DNA of 51,672 nucleotides, taken from assembly GCA_013239625.1 (NCBI GenBank), contig MU056032.1, forward strand, positions 1 through 51,672, in the 5' to 3' direction. The DNA comes from Lama guanicoe. Its lineage: Eukaryota. Positions 1-13,879 of the stretch are shown piece after piece. The position numbers were made by a program, and so were the translations under genes. The notes below the pieces were generated by a model. The model saw only the letters and a program-made list of their open reading frames with translations. It did no database searches and was not told where the DNA came from. Numbering within the stretch: position 1 is the stretch's first letter; the number at the start of each line of letters is the position of its first letter.

Positions 1-261
1 GGTTCATGCAAATGCTAGGATAAAGCTTGTGCAGTAAACTCTATAAAAAGAATGAACACTTTCCAAACATCTAAGCTTTTTGACTTTTCTTTCTTCAGTG
101 AATGAGTTAAATGTCACAAGAGGCAAGCTGTTAGTGATATTGCTAATTTTTCCTTAGTTAAGAAGTAGAAAACTTACCAAAGACAGTATTTTAATGTGAG
201 CTTTTCTCCCAGTTCCCCTCATTATGTAGAGACTTATTTATTCTCAATTAAATTCTATGTA

Positions 262-420
262 ATAATGATAATAACTAACACCACTTAAATGTTTTACAAA
301 TTTTGCATTTGATTCTCACAAAACACTTGGAGGTAGGTGTAGTGTTACTATTTCCATTTTACGGATGAGTAAACTGAGGCATCAGAAGATTAAATAACTT
401 CCCTATGGTTCACCACCCCC
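262..420 (-). mobile_element. MIR SINE fragment
   Basis: ccattttacggatgagtaaactgaggcatcagaagattaaataacttcc matches the reverse-complemented MIR core as recalled. Confidence 0.75.
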
Positions 421-3400
421 CCAGGTGGTGTGGCTCTGGGGTCCATGCTCAGAACATGATGAGTTAGCATTTCTTGGAAACACTCTTAGGTTTTTTGAAG
501 CAGTAGGATACAATGGAGGAGGACCAGGAATTGGGCCAAGATGCTTCAGTAGACCAGCCTGCAAGAGGTCTCATTGGCATTCTGAGAAAATAGGGAGGAC
601 CATGTGGTCTTTTTAGTAAGGAGACACGAGAGGTTGGAACCTGGGGAGTCAGGCGGGACCAGAGACAGCTGTAAGATGTTGGGGACAAGGGGATGCGCAG
701 CAGTCAGCTCTCCCTTGGAGGCTGGCAGAGACAACGGCTCAATGTGACTAAGGGGGCTGCAAATGTGGAACCACCAGCTACCTGGGAGGACATACTCAGG
801 GAGGCCAGAAACTGGAATCAGAGCTGAGAGTGACCTGAGTTCTGCTGTGGAGGAGATTATGGTATAGTCTCCCTAAAATCAGAGCCAGGCCATGCAGACA
901 TTTATGGCACCTCAGGCCAGATCATTGCTTTATCAAGGGTCCCTTCCATAGGCCTACCCAACTGACAGGGATCTAGACACTTCTGAGTAACCCTCCATGT
1001 TTTGCCAGAATTTTCTGAGCACTTCTCCTATATTTTGCTCCCAACATGGTTCAAATCACCAGATTTTTTCCCACCCTTTTAGTCTGTACCAGCCCCCACA
1101 CCACGTTGAACAGGACCAATCAAATGTGAACATTAGTATCCCCAGCCTGAGTCAGACATGAGCATATTCCATATAAAAGCTTTTTCATCTTGGTCCTTTT
1201 ATTCTCCTGTTGGTGAGAGTTTTGCTTACACTGGCTAGCAATAGATTTATATCATGGGATCAGATATTGTGTCAAAAACATCTCATCAGTTTATACCTCA
1301 GTCTCCAAACTCCTTAACTACGTAACTGAGTAGCTCTGTGGTCACATAATGAAGCTGTTAGTATTTCCTGGGAATTAGATTTTCCGTCATTTGAAGAAAA
1401 CAGAATAGGGCCATGGATAGTTATTTCAGTGCAAAGGCTGTCCTATTTCTGGTATTCAGATGTTGATCTTGGTGAGAATTCCTTTTCCCTTTCATCATCC
1501 AGGTCTCTTAGATGACAGAGGGTGGGTGTGCTGCATTGCTGTAAGAGATTTTCAGGCAGAAAAGGAACTTTTCCAGATGGTTGAGTGGCTGTGAAGCCAA
1601 ATATGGGTGTTGGAGCTGATGGACCTTGTACATTTCAACCCCTTGGCTTCTTCCATCTTTATCTCCTGCCCAATTTGGAGGGCACTACATCAGAGCCAAG
1701 TGAAATCTCCATGTTGAGAATTTAGGGTGAGACTAAAACTAAGTTAGCTTTCTGGTAAATTTTAGATTTTACATTTTGTGATAATTTTGGAGACATTGTT
1801 AGAAAATCTGGAGCAATGAAAGTAGTTGTGATTTTAAGCTTTCAGTGTTGGATGAAGGGTTATGGACAATTACTTACTCATGTCTTCAAGAAAAAAAGAT
1901 CTAACAATTCTCAGCCTTTCCTGTGTCAAGTTTGAGCATCCAATTTCCTCTCCTGCCTGGGATAAATATGTCATGTTGCATCAGAAACAGTCATGCACTT
2001 TCTGTGGTGGTGGGTCCTCAGTGAGGAGGAACCAGAGGAGTTTCCAAGGCCTCTCTTGCTTGGCCAAGGGTAGAGGTAGTATTCTGGTCATCAGAACACA
2101 TGTTTGAGGCAATTATGAATGGCCTTGGATGTTGCAAGCTACACGGCTTTCTTGTATTACATACCGCATTGAGATGATGAGAAATCCTGAAAGATCATTT
2201 ACAAGGTGCCCTTTCCACTGTTTCTGCTCCTGTTCTAAGCCCCCAGTCAGCTTCCACTGGGGCTCCAGGCTGTAGTTTTGAAGGGTGCATTTCATTCTTT
2301 TTATTGGTAGCATCACATGAATCTGGGACAATAGAGTTGATCCAGAGGGTAAGATATGGAATCAGAGGAAAACCGTATATATGGAAAATTTTTGAGATGC
2401 ACACTCAGGGTGATTTGCAACTCTGTCCTCAGAAGACAAACCCTTCCATTCTCCAGTTTCATCCGCAAATGTCCCAGCCACACCTCAGTCGGTAGAAACA
2501 ATTTTGCTTTCAAAAGCTGACAAGAATTCAGCAGAATCCTAGTGTTCAGCATCTCTATGGTTCAGCATCCTGGTATTAGTGGGACCTCAGGGATGTCTTT
2601 GGCATGTTGGAGAGTCCATTCCATTCCTGGCAAGATCTTTTCACACCAGCCAGGAACAATTCCCTTTCTCTTTCCTTCCATGCTGAGTGAGTGCAACAGT
2701 CAAAATAGAAGTTGGTTATTTCCCTCCCTCTGCCAAGGTTTTCCCCCAGGACCAAAACCCAGACTGACCCACACTTACATCAATCTGTCCAGGAATGTCA
2801 GAGTATGGAAATAAAATCTGTGAAAGTTCTGTTGCCATTTTTTTCCTCTTTAAATTGTCCCTGTCATTTCCAGAGGAGTGACAGTGGACAAGGTCTTTAG
2901 CTGCTTAGAACTTTAGTTTTCTCTAAACTAGGGCTAAAAACATAAACTGTCACAGGTCCTTGTAAGGATCTAATTAGAGCTGATGTTTGAAAGCACTCAG
3001 CATTTATAAACATTTATGATTGTATATTGTTAATTAGAAATTTTGCTTTGAAACATAAAACATACGTCACTTTTAAAAAGCACCCTACCTCTTCCCAGGG
3101 TAATGGCAGATTGGGGGCAGCAGTGGTGACACGAGATGTGTTGGAGGTGGGAAAAGATGATGGAGAATCGATCACGATGTTGTAATTCATTCAACAGAAT
3201 TGATTGGGATCCTGCAAAGGAGCATCTCTTTAAATATTCATTTACCTAATTATAAACAGATAACACATCCACATTGGTTCCCAAATCTACAAGTATAAAA
3301 TGATAGCAGAGTTTTCTCTTCCACGGCTAACACCCATCCACCCAACTACTCTACAAACATCCAAACAATTAACCATCGTTAAGTCTCTTGTAAACATACA

Positions 3401-3694
3401 ATAAGTATTTTAATTCAACTTGTAATTCAAACATGATTCCTGTCAATTACTGTCATTTTTGAAAAGAGTGGCAGTTCACGACACACACTTTACTCTGCTC
3501 TGGCTGCCTTTTTCCCAAGTGAATCTTGAAATTCTTTCCATATCAATGTATATATGTTGCTTTAAATGACTGCATAGTATTCTATTGGAAGGATATCTCA
3601 TAATATATATAATCAAGTCTTCTGCTGATAGGCAGTTAAGTTGTGTCGAATCCATTGCTGTTACAAAGTTTACAGACATGCATAACATTATACT

Positions 3695-5200
3695 ACTTCA
3701 TTCTGTTGGACTGTTGAGTCCAATCATTAGCAGACATTTATTGAGTGCCTACTGTGAAGTAGCCAATGTGTTAGATACTAGAGTTTCAGTATTGAGCAAA
3801 ATATAGAGTCCCTGATTTCAAAAATTTTACAGTCCTCGTGTTGGTGGTTGACATAATCCAAAGTCCACATGAATGACTTTATAATTTTTAATAGAAAAAA
3901 TTCTCTGAGGAAAATAAAGGAAAAACTTAGGCAGTCTGACCCAGACTTAGGTGTAAAGAAAGCATTTTCTCTTCAATTGATACTGAAGCTAAAATCTGAT
4001 GGATGGGGAAATATGCTAGTTAGTGTTGGGGCAACAGGGAAATGAGAGCAATCCATAGAAAAAGAATCCATGCAAAGGCCCTGTGGTAGCAGGCTACATG
4101 ATTCCTTTGAGCAAATTTTAAAAAATCCCTGTGGCTGGAAGAAAAGGAGTAAGTGAGAAGAATGAGTCAAGAACACCAGAATGAGTCAAGAGCCAGACCA
4201 TACAGGGATGGATAGATCCTGGTGAGCACTGGACTTTGTTCTAGCAGTAATGGGAACCCTCTGATGTTTTGAAAGTAAGAGGTTATGGGATCAAATTCAT
4301 AGTTTGAAAAAAAACCTGGTGAATAGGAAATTATATTGGAGGAGATTTAGGTGATATGGTGGGAACAGGTAGAGTTTTTAGAAACCCCCAGATAGATGTT
4401 CCTCAGATTAGGGTGTAGGCTGTGGGGATGGAGTGATATAGGCAAACTTGAAAGATATTTAGGAAATAACATCTGTAGACATCAATGATGATTTGGATTT
4501 CTTTGGCAAATTAGATAAGAGGGTCAAAGATAGTGCCTGTGTTCCTGGCTGCCTACACGCCAGGACCAAAACTGATAAATGGGAATAGGACAAGTTTGGT
4601 AGGGAAATTCATGGGTCTGGTGGTGGACATACTGAGCTGAGGTGCCTTTGAGCCATCCATGTGAGATCTGGAATAGGTGGTTAGAAATTATAACTGTGGA
4701 GCTTTGAGAAGAGCTCTGAGCAGAAGATACATCTTGGGAACTGACCAATAACTAGTTGTCAGTTGAAACTGGATATGGGGAGCTTTCCAAGTGAGGTGGA
4801 ATAGAGTAAGAGCAGAAGAACTAGGGTGGGACAAAGTCTTCTGGAGTGCTAACACTGGTGGAGAAGGAGCATTCAGAGAGAGACAAGGAAACCTGGAGGG
4901 TCACGGGCACAGATTGTCTCCAGAAGGATGAGTCATCTACAGAACCAAAAGCTGCTGGAAGTCAAGTAAGATGGGGACTAACAAGTAAGCAGTCAACTTT
5001 GGTGGCCCAGATGAGGACCGTCCCATCAAGTGAGGGTGTAGCATCTAGGTTGTGGGATTGTGAGGAGAGAGTGGAACATGAGGGGCTGGAGATAGTGGGA
5101 GTGGGCCACTCTATGAGGACATTTGGTTGGGGAGGGTTGAATACAGAATGCAAGGCAAGGGGGCAGAATGGTTGACAGAGTTTCTCATTCTATTTGAAGA
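3695..5200 (-). mobile_element. L2 LINE fragment (3' end and adjacent body)
   Basis: gacatttattgagtgcctactgtg (antisense L2 3' end) followed by purine-rich degenerate L2-like sequence; boundaries approximate. Confidence 0.7.
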
Positions 5201-5414
5201 TGGCAGGCATCCTGTTGAAACCATCTTGATCACTGTCTTCCCAAGTGGACTAAACTGCTTGAGGGCAGGGCTATGCATTTTATTCACTGTTGTGCACTAG
5301 GTGTGTATTTATGGTGTCTTACACCTTTCTTAAATGAATTCTCTGTCATCCAGAGAGCTCTGAGGTCTAACTAAGCAAAGGCCTCCTCTCTGTCTCTCTT
5401 TATTTCTATATTCT

Positions 5415-6125
5415 AAGTTAGTATTTAATATGCCCACACAGTAAGCTTCATTCTTTTTCATGTACGGTTATGTTTTGACAAATGTACATGGTTGTGTAAC
5501 CACAGCTACATCCACAACATAGAAAATTTCCATAATTTCCTGTACCTTTGCTACTGCTGCCCATTTATAGTCAGGCCTGTCCCCAACGTCAACTCCTGGG
5601 AACCACAGATTTGTTCTCCAGCTAGTTTTGTGTTTTCCAGAATGTCCTAAGTATAGAAACACACACTGTGCAGCATTATTTTTTTTAGTTTCACTTCCTT
5701 TACGTAGCAGTATGCACTGGAGGTTTCTCTGTGTTGTGTGTACCAGTGGCTCACTTTTTTTTTAATTGCTTTTTTTTTAGTTGCTCCCCACCAGTGGGAG
5801 AACCACTTTGCCAGATATTTAGTTTGTTTCCAATTTGTTTCCAGGCTACTGGAGCTGCCGTAAATAGAGACACACAAGTTTTTGTGTGGACATAAAATTT
5901 TTTTTCTCTTGGTTAACTACCTCAAATGGTTTGCCAGATCGTAAGTTAAGTGCAAGATTTTACTTTATAAGAAAATGCAAAACTGTTTTCCAGGGTAGCT
6001 GTACCACTTTGCATTCACGTTAGCACTGATTAGATTTCCAGTTGTTTGCACTCTCATCAGTGCTTGGAATTATCAGCTGAATAGTGGACATTCTAATAGA
6101 TGTGTGGTGCTATCTCATTGTGTGT
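5415..6125 (-). mobile_element. Old L1 (L1MB/MC-like) 3' region
   Basis: Antisense L1 3'UTR/ORF2-end motifs, e.g. ctgttttccagggtagctgtaccactttgcattc and gtgctatctcattgtg. Confidence 0.7.
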
Positions 6126-6574
6126 TTCTCTTAATTGTACATATAAGTGAGACTATTTGGTATTTGTCTTTTTATGACTTATCTCACTAAGCAGGATTCT
6201 CTCAAGATCCATCCATGTTGTCACAAATGGCAGGATTTCCTTCATTCTCATGGCTGAACAATAGCCTATTGTGTGTGTGAGTTAATTTCTGTATATGGTG
6301 TGAGATAAGCATCTGATTTCATTTGTTTGCATGTGAATCCAGTTTTCCCAATACAGTTAATTAAAGGAAATGTTATTGAGTGTTCTCAGCATCTTTACTG
6401 AAGATCAGTTGACTATAAATGTGTAGTTTAATTCTGGACTTTTTAAAAAACACTTTTATTATGGTATGATTCCTGTACAGTAAAATATACATCTTTCATA
6501 TATACAGTTTGATGAATTATGATAGATGAAACCACCACCACAAAGCAGCTAACATTTCCATCACTCCCCAAGAG

Positions 6575-7015
6575 GTGCAAATTTGAATTCCCAATTGATC
6601 CTTACCTGCCCTCTTTACCCCCTGGTAGCCATGTTTGTTCTCTGTATCTGGGAGTCTCTGTTTTGTAGGTAAGTGCATTTGTGTCCTTTTTTTAAGATAC
6701 CACATATACGTGATATTATATGGCATTTTTCTTTCTGTTTTTGACTTCATTCACTTAGAACAACAATCCCCTGGTGCATCCATTTTGCCGCAAATGGTAT
6801 TATTATAGTCTTTTTCATGGCTGTGTAGTATTTAATTGTGTGTGTGTGTGTGTGTGTGTGTGTTTATAAATATATATCACATTTTCTTTATCCAGTCATT
6901 AGTTGATGGGTACTTGGGGATTTTTTTCCCTTTTCTTGGCTATTGTTAATAGTGCTGCTCTTATCACTGGTGTACATGTGTGTTTTCAAGTTATATTTCC
7001 CTCCAGATATATGCT
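6575..7015 (-). mobile_element. Cetartiodactyl-type L1 3' end nested in older L1
   Basis: catgtttgttctctgtatctgggagtctctgttttgtaggtaag; ORF 6517-6750(-) KTERKMPYNITYMWYLK resembles the L1 terminus. Confidence 0.75.
6837..6862. repeat. (TG)n microsatellite
   Basis: Seen directly. Confidence 0.95.
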
Positions 7016-8249
7016 GGGCTCTCAGTTCTATTCCATTGCTCTATTTTTTTCCTGTCTGTACCATACTGTTTTAATTACTATATCTTTGTATCATAACTAG
7101 AAATCAGGATGTATGATGCCACAGCTATGTTCTTTATTCAAGATTGCTTTGGCTATTCAGGAATTTTTGTACTTCCACACAAATTTTAGACATGGTTTTC
7201 CACTTCTGTGCAAAATGCTATTAAAAGTTTGATAGTGGAATATGCTATTGAAAATTTGATAGTGATTGCTTTAAATCTTCAGACGGTTTTGGGAGTATGG
7301 AAATTATAACAATATTAATTCTTCCAATCCATGAACATTGGATATCTCTCTGCTTATTTTGTCTTTCTCTCATTGATGTTTTAAAGTATTCCATGCATAG
7401 ATCTCTCACCTCCATGGTTTAATTTATTCCTGGGTATTTTGTTCCTTTTGGTGTCATTATAGATGCTAATGTTTTCTTTATTTTTTTTCAGAAAGTTTGT
7501 TATTGGTGTTTAAAAAATACAATTGATTATCTTTGGCATGCTGATTTTTTTTCATCCTAAAACATTATTGGATTTATGTATTCTACATTTTTGTTGTGGA
7601 GTCTTTAGGGCTTTCTATATACAGAATCATGACGTCTGCAAATAGATAATTTTGCTTCCTTTGTTTCAGTTTAGATGCCTTTTATATCTTTTCCTTGCTG
7701 GTACTTTCATGATTTATATTTACTAGAATTGGCAAGAGTGGGAAAATATTTCAGTTTCTCCCATTGATTATGATTTTAGATATGAACTATTCATAAATGG
7801 CCTTTATTGTGTTGAGGAAACTTCTTTAGTATCTATTTTGTTCAGTTCTCATTATGAATGAATATTAAACTTTGTTGTGATTTTTCTGCAAATTGAGATG
7901 TTTATGTGTTTAAAATGTTTCATTTTGTTAATGTCTTGTGTCACATTGATTTGTGTATGTTAAAATAATCTTCCCCTAGGTATAAATACCATTGAGTTAT
8001 GTTATGTAATCTTTTATATATGTTGTTGAGTTCAGTGTGCTAGTATTTTTTTGAGTACTTTTGCATCTGTGTTCACTAGAGATACTGGCCTATACTTTTA
8101 TAGTCTAGAAGTTTCTTTGTCTAATTTTGATATCAGAGAGACTATTGACATAAGATGATTATAAAAGTACTACCCCTAGTTCTACTTTTTGGTTTAGAGT
8201 GTAAGAAAAATTGGTATTGTTTTTTCAAATTTTTAAAATTTTATATATA

Positions 8250-8630
8250 TATATATAACATATATACATAACATATATATTTCTTGAAATATAGTCAATT
8301 TACAATGTTGTGTCAGTTTCTGGTGTACAGCATAGTGCTTCAGTTATAAGTGAACATGCATATATTGGTTCCCATATAATATTTTACCATAAATTACTAC
8401 TAGATATTTAATTTAGTTCCCTGTGCAAACAATTGATAAACAAGTATGAACTTGTTTATCAGTGTTGTATATATTAATATCTGTAAATCTCAAAATCCCA
8501 GTTTATCCATTCCCACACTCTTACCACTCTGGTAACCTTAAGATTATTTTTCATGTCTATGAGTCTGTTTCTGCTTTGCAGATAAGTTCATTTGTCTTTT
8601 TTTTTTAAATTACATATATAAGTGATGTCA
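8250..8630 (-). mobile_element. L1 3' end (camelid/cetartiodactyl type)
   Basis: ttgaaatatagtcaatttacaatgttgtgtcagtttctggtgtacagcatagtgcttcag is a typical antisense L1 tail. Confidence 0.75.
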
Positions 8631-9968
8631 TTGATTGCCTTTGAATGTTGTTAGAATTCAGCTTCAATTGCATTTGCTCCTAGTCTTTTTGCCTTTGGAA
8701 GTTTTTGATTAGTATTTAAATCTCCTTATTTTTATCGATGTGTTGACTTTTATCTGTTTCTTCTTTACTCAATCTTGACAGTTTGTGTGTTCCTCAGAAT
8801 TTCTCTATTTCTCCTAGGTTATCCAATTTGTTCACACAATTGTTTACAACTATTTTCTTATGGTCCTTTTTTCTTCCGAGGTGTCTATTATAATTTACCT
8901 TGCATATCTGTATTTATTTCAGCCTTCTCTCTTTTCTTCCTCATTTAAGTACTAAGTTTGATTGTTCCCCATAGATCTCTTAAGGTATCTTCACTTTTAT
9001 TCATCTTTTTTTTTTCTTTTGTCCCTTCTGATTAGGTGATTTCCACTGATCTGTCTTCAAGTTTGTTGTTACCTTTTTTTTTAGGTGATTATTTTTGTTG
9101 TTGTTGACAATCCCTTCTTCCATTTGATCTGGGAAGCTGTTGAACTGTTCTATTGAATGTTTCAGTTCAGTTACTGTATTTTTCATCTGTATGACCCCTG
9201 TTTGGTACTGTTTTTATATTTACATGTTCAGCTTACAGACACTGCAAACACTTTGTTAGATTTATTCTTCATTATTTCATTTTTGATTTGCAAAAATCAG
9301 TGGTAATATTTTTTTAATGCTTTTATCCTATTTATTGATTGCTTGGCTATGGAAATACAATTGGATATTTTTTTCATGTTCACCTTGTATCCCACAATCT
9401 TGCCAAACTCATGGCATTTTTTTAATGTAAAATGTTATGTTCTTAATCAAGGGAGAGAGTTTTATTTCTCCCTTTCATATCTATATTTCTTTTGTCTTAT
9501 TGCATTGGCCAGGACTTCCTGTCTGAGTTCTCATGGAGGAGTGATGAGAATGGACAGCTAATTTTAAGAATGTTATTTTTGGTTTTTGTGTTCATGCCTT
9601 TTATCAGGTTAAGGAATCTATTCCTAGTTTGGTAAGAATTTTAACTGAATCGAAATTGAATTTCATGAGATCATCTTGACACTTTTCTTCAATTTGTAAT
9701 AAAGCAAATTATATAAATGCTAAGTGTCCCAAATATTTTCAGATTAAATCATAATTTTTAATGTATTGATGAACTTAAATTGCTAGTGCTTTCTTGAGGA
9801 CTTTTTCACATTTCTGCTCATGAGGAATGATGATTCATAGCTTTCTTGTGAGAAATAACAAGGAATCATGGTAACACTGGTCTCACAAAATGAGTTGGAA
9901 AGTGTTATTTCTTCCTCTAATGATGAGATTTTGTAGAATTGGTATTTATTTTTTGCATTAAATGGTTA

Positions 9969-10389
9969 TGTATTAGTCTTCTATGGATAGAAAACTACCA
10001 CCTAATAGGTAGCTTGACCAACTGAAATTTATCCTTTCACAGTTCTGGAGGCCAGCAATTCAAGACAATTCAAGATCAAGTTGCCGGCAGGGTTGGGTTC
10101 CTCTTAGGGGTCTCTGCTTGGCTTGCAAAAGGCCGCCCTGTTGCTGCCTCTTCACATGGTCATTCCTCGGTGCTTGACACCCTTACCATCTCTCCATTTG
10201 TCCTACAAGTTGTCCTACTTATAAGGACTCCGATCAGGTTGGATTATGATCCAATCTTACAGCGTCTTTTTATCATGATTGCTTAAAGGCCCTATCTCCA
10301 AACACAGTCACATTCTGAGGTCTGGATGTCCAGGCTTTACCATCAGAATCTGCAGGGTAATGATGGGAGACAAAATAGAGTCCATAACA
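9969..10389 (-). mobile_element. MaLR solo LTR (MLT1-like)
   Basis: TG...CA termini (tgtattagt ... ccataaca); MLT1 motifs cacagttctggaggc and ccctatctccaaacacagtcacattctgagg; interrupts an L1 fragment. Confidence 0.85.
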
Positions 10390-11199
10390 GTTTGGTAAAT
10401 TTTGTCAATGAATCATCTGGGCCTGGAGTTGTCATTTTGGGGAGGATTTTAAACTACTCATACAATTTCTTCAATTGCTAGAACTATTAAGTGTAGCTGT
10501 TTTTCTTATATCACTGTGGCAGTGCAGACTTGAGACTGAGGTTGGCTCTAGAACAAGGCTGAGTGAGGAAAAAAAGAAGAGAAAAAGGGAAGAAAATTAG
10601 GGACTTCTTTGTGCTGTCTAGTACAATGGGGCTCCTTTTCTTTGTCTTCTGAGTGGAAATAGGAGATTTATCCTAGAATTTTTGCTGCATAGTACATTGA
10701 TTAAATTCTCATTGCTACTAGCTGTTTAGCTTTTAGAGTCTTTAAGGAGTTACTTTAGTATGTGCAGACATTTTTAACATAATCAGTAGGAGTCAGAGAC
10801 TATGTCCATGTCAATTCATCTTCACTAGCGGTGGAAGTTGAGATTTCCATTTGACTGGGCCCATTTAGTACATCTCATCAACCTTGCATAGGACATGCTG
10901 CAGGGAGGGAAAGAACATTTATTTTCTAATGGTCAAAAGTAAATTGGAATGGGAAGATTTGTTTTTCAAAAGTGAAGTTTTAGCCCCCAAAGGGTCACGA
11001 AAATCATAATTCATATCATTCCTAGCTTCCCTAATGCCTGAGAAGTGTTTGATTTAAAATATCCCTGAAAGTTTGCCTGTATCATCTAGTTTACAAGATT
11101 ATTTGTTCAATGACAGAGGTATCCCATAGGGATGATGGAATATAACTTCAAGTGAACATGAATTTATGTACTTAAGTACTTTTTTCTGTATTCTTTTTG

Positions 11200-12155
11200 A
11201 TACCACATTAAATTAAAATAGTCAGTTTCTTACAAGGTATTTGCAGTGCCGAATCTGAAAACCTGAAACTGACAGCCTATCAATGAGCTTTCTCTGTTCC
11301 TACATGAAGATCCATTCGTGTGTCTTGCATTTTGAATTAATTGCTTTTTTACCTAAGCATGATTTTATAACTTGATGAACTTGCAATTTGAATATTACTA
11401 GTTTAGGGTTTTACAGATCTTCAAAATATTTACTTTTAATTATGCAATATTAAAAATCCTTTTCATCAACATTCATCTCATGAAGAAAATCTCAAAGCAT
11501 TGAAAAAATGCCAAGCACCCAGCAGCAGGATTTCTGTAATTCTGATTTTCACTTGAGATCTCAAATTGTATATCTGGCAGCAAATACAGCTAGTTGTTTG
11601 TTGTTCCTTGAGGTGAGAGCCTCATTTCATTCATTTTGAAGAAAATGTCTATGAAATGCTCCAATCCAGAGTGGGTGTGTCATTCATTCTTTCAACTAGA
11701 ACTGGCCTCTCAGGGAGACATCCACTTGTTCAGCTCAGAACTCAGTCACCTACATGCTTTCTCTTGAAATGACCATTGTAATTTATAAGCATCAGAAGAG
11801 CTTTCTGTGTGGCTTCTGATTTCTTACCCCAGAATATTAAAATATGTGTCCTTAAGGTTAGGATTCCACAGTGAATTTTCACTGCTTTATCAAAGACAAA
11901 TCTTAAAGTACATTTTTCTTCTCTGCCGACACTTGGTGCTGAAAACTAATGGCTACTAATATCGTTTGGTACTGCTGCCTTGATTTGCACCAGGTGCCAG
12001 CAGTTTTATTCACCTTTGCTTTTTCACCAGCAGTGCAAATGTTACCACCATGAACAGGACATTTTAGTAGTATTCTGAAAAAACTTTTGATCTCATGGAT
12101 CACTCTGAAGGAACCTTGGGTTCTGCCAAGAATCTGCAGGTTCTGAGAATTGCTG
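11200..12155 (-). mobile_element. hAT DNA transposon, Charlie1-like, with transposase remnant
   Basis: Terminus ttctgagaattgctg; ORF 11903-12103(-) ICTAGEKAKVNKTAG resembles the hAT motif ICTDGAKAMVGKTAG; long colinear match to Charlie1 as recalled. Confidence 0.8.
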
Positions 12156-12929
12156 CTGTAGATCAGCTCAGTAATGAGAGGATGGTAGACAACGAAGTGT
12201 TGCTGGAGCTGAGCACAGCAGCCAGCATTTCAGTCTGAGCTGTGAAAGGGGGATGTGTGACCTCACAAAGGGGCCGAGAATTTGAGAAGGCCTGGCGTCA
12301 ACATGGGGCATGTGGTAATGTCAGCAGTGCAGGGGCTCTAGCCTTTGCAGTGGTGTGAAGTTGCATAGGTAGGGCTGGATCAGATTGCAGAGGACAGTTG
12401 ATTCCCTTGGGAATCCTCCAGAGCCTGTGATTCAGCAGATGTGAATGTAATTTGGACTGTGACCACTAATTACTGTTAATCTTGAGGTCAGCTCACATTC
12501 TTGAATCTTTATGTTCAGCACATAATATATGCTCAATTAGTATCTTGTTCATTGAAATTAAATAATATTTTTTTCTAGAAAATGAAGAGGTTATGTATTA
12601 TTTCTCTGAGGGTTCTGTAAACACTGAAATTGACTCTATTCTTATACTAACAGTGGAGTCAGCTGAAACCCAGACAAGTCAAGAGGAGTGTGGGTGGACT
12701 GTAATGTGCCCAGAAGTCAGACAAGAGTCTGCCAATTTCAAGTTAATGCTACTTATGTTCCCCATCCTGCCTGTTTCCTGGGAGGGCTCCTGCCTCCCCG
12801 AGTTGAGAGATTTTGTGTTTACAGATCACTACTTTTCTCACCCGCTTTGTACTGGCTGTCCTAGTTTTGTGTTACTTGTCTGGTTTTGTCCTTTGATTAT
12901 GCTGTTAGTGCGCACTTGTTTTTTGTCAC

Positions 12930-13070
12930 ACGGATCAAACTCTCTGAGCCTCACCTGATTTATCTGTAAAACTGAGATACTGTCCGTTTTCACAGGGCTG
13001 TTTCAAGTTTCAAATGAGCTGTTCACAGAAAGGCTTGGGCTCAGATTAAGAAGTGGCTAGTTGGTGAATG
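12930..13070 (+). mobile_element. MIR SINE fragment
   Basis: ctctctgagcctcacctgatttatctgtaaaactgagata ... cacagggctgtttcaagtttcaaatgag. Confidence 0.7.
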
Positions 13071-13363
13071 AGAACTCTATAATTTGCAAGTCCCCAAATG
13101 GTTTGGTTTTTGGCCCATTGAGCTGTTATATCAGAATGGTATGTGGAGGTAAAGCTTGCAGATCAAGAAATCTGAGATTCCAAGCAGACACTGCTTTAAA
13201 TCTTGGATCCCAGAAAATAAGCTTGGAGGCCCAAATGTCTGGCAAGCTGTTTAGAGTCTCATCTTGGCACATAGAGGGCAAGCAATGGTTGTGCCACGGA
13301 GAGGGCCCTGATCAGAGAGAGGGTTCATGGTGAGGAGGCTCATTGGATGCCCAGGATTCCGGT

Positions 13364-13820
13364 TGCCACAGACTGAATGTTCGTGTCCCTCCTCCCCCAT
13401 TTCATATATTGACATTCTAACCTCCATGGAGGGGGGTACAGATCAGTGGTAAATGCTTGCTTAGCTCACACAAGGTCCTGTGTTCAATCCTCAGGACCTC
13501 CATTTAAAAAAATAAACAGAAAGAAAAAGAAATGCTAAGCACCAACATGATGGTTGAGAGGTGATTAGGTCATGTGGGTGTAGTCTTATAAATGGGATTA
13601 TTGCCTTTCTAGAAGAGTCCTCAGTGAGCTCCCTTGTCCCCTCCTCTGCATGAGTACTCGGTGAGAAGACGGCCGTCTAAGAACCAGGAAGCTGCACTCA
13701 CCAGACACTGAACCTTGACCTTGGACTTCATAGCCTCTAGAGCTGTGAGAAGTAAATGCTGTTGTTCAGAGCCACCCCATCTATCGTACTTTGCTGTAGC
13801 CACTGGACTGGACAAAGACA
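13364..13820 (+). mobile_element. MaLR solo LTR (MLT1A-like), interrupted by a SINE
   Basis: Starts tgccacagactgaatgttcgtgtcc and ends gacaaagaca; motif ttggacttcatagcctctagagctgtgagaagtaaatg. Confidence 0.85.
13428..13530 (+). mobile_element. tRNA-derived SINE (camelid Vic-1-like)
   Basis: A-box-like cagatcagtggta, B-box-like gtgttcaatcc, A-rich tail; degenerate TSD (acattctaacctcc / aaatgctaagcacc). Confidence 0.8.
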
Positions 13821-13879
13821 CCTGTCACTATTGTGATCTAGTGGTCTTTTTGTTTTGGGTCTGTTTCTTTTTTGAACAG

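Larger units (their letters stand above)
6130..9960 (-). mobile_element. Mosaic of degraded L1 ORF2/ORF1 fragments with nested younger L1 3' ends
   Basis: Antisense ORF2 motifs (attgctttggctattcagg, cttccaatccatgaacattgg, tttatcaggttaagg); ORF 9001-9186(-) resembles L1 ORF1 (KNTVTELKHSIE). Confidence 0.75.
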
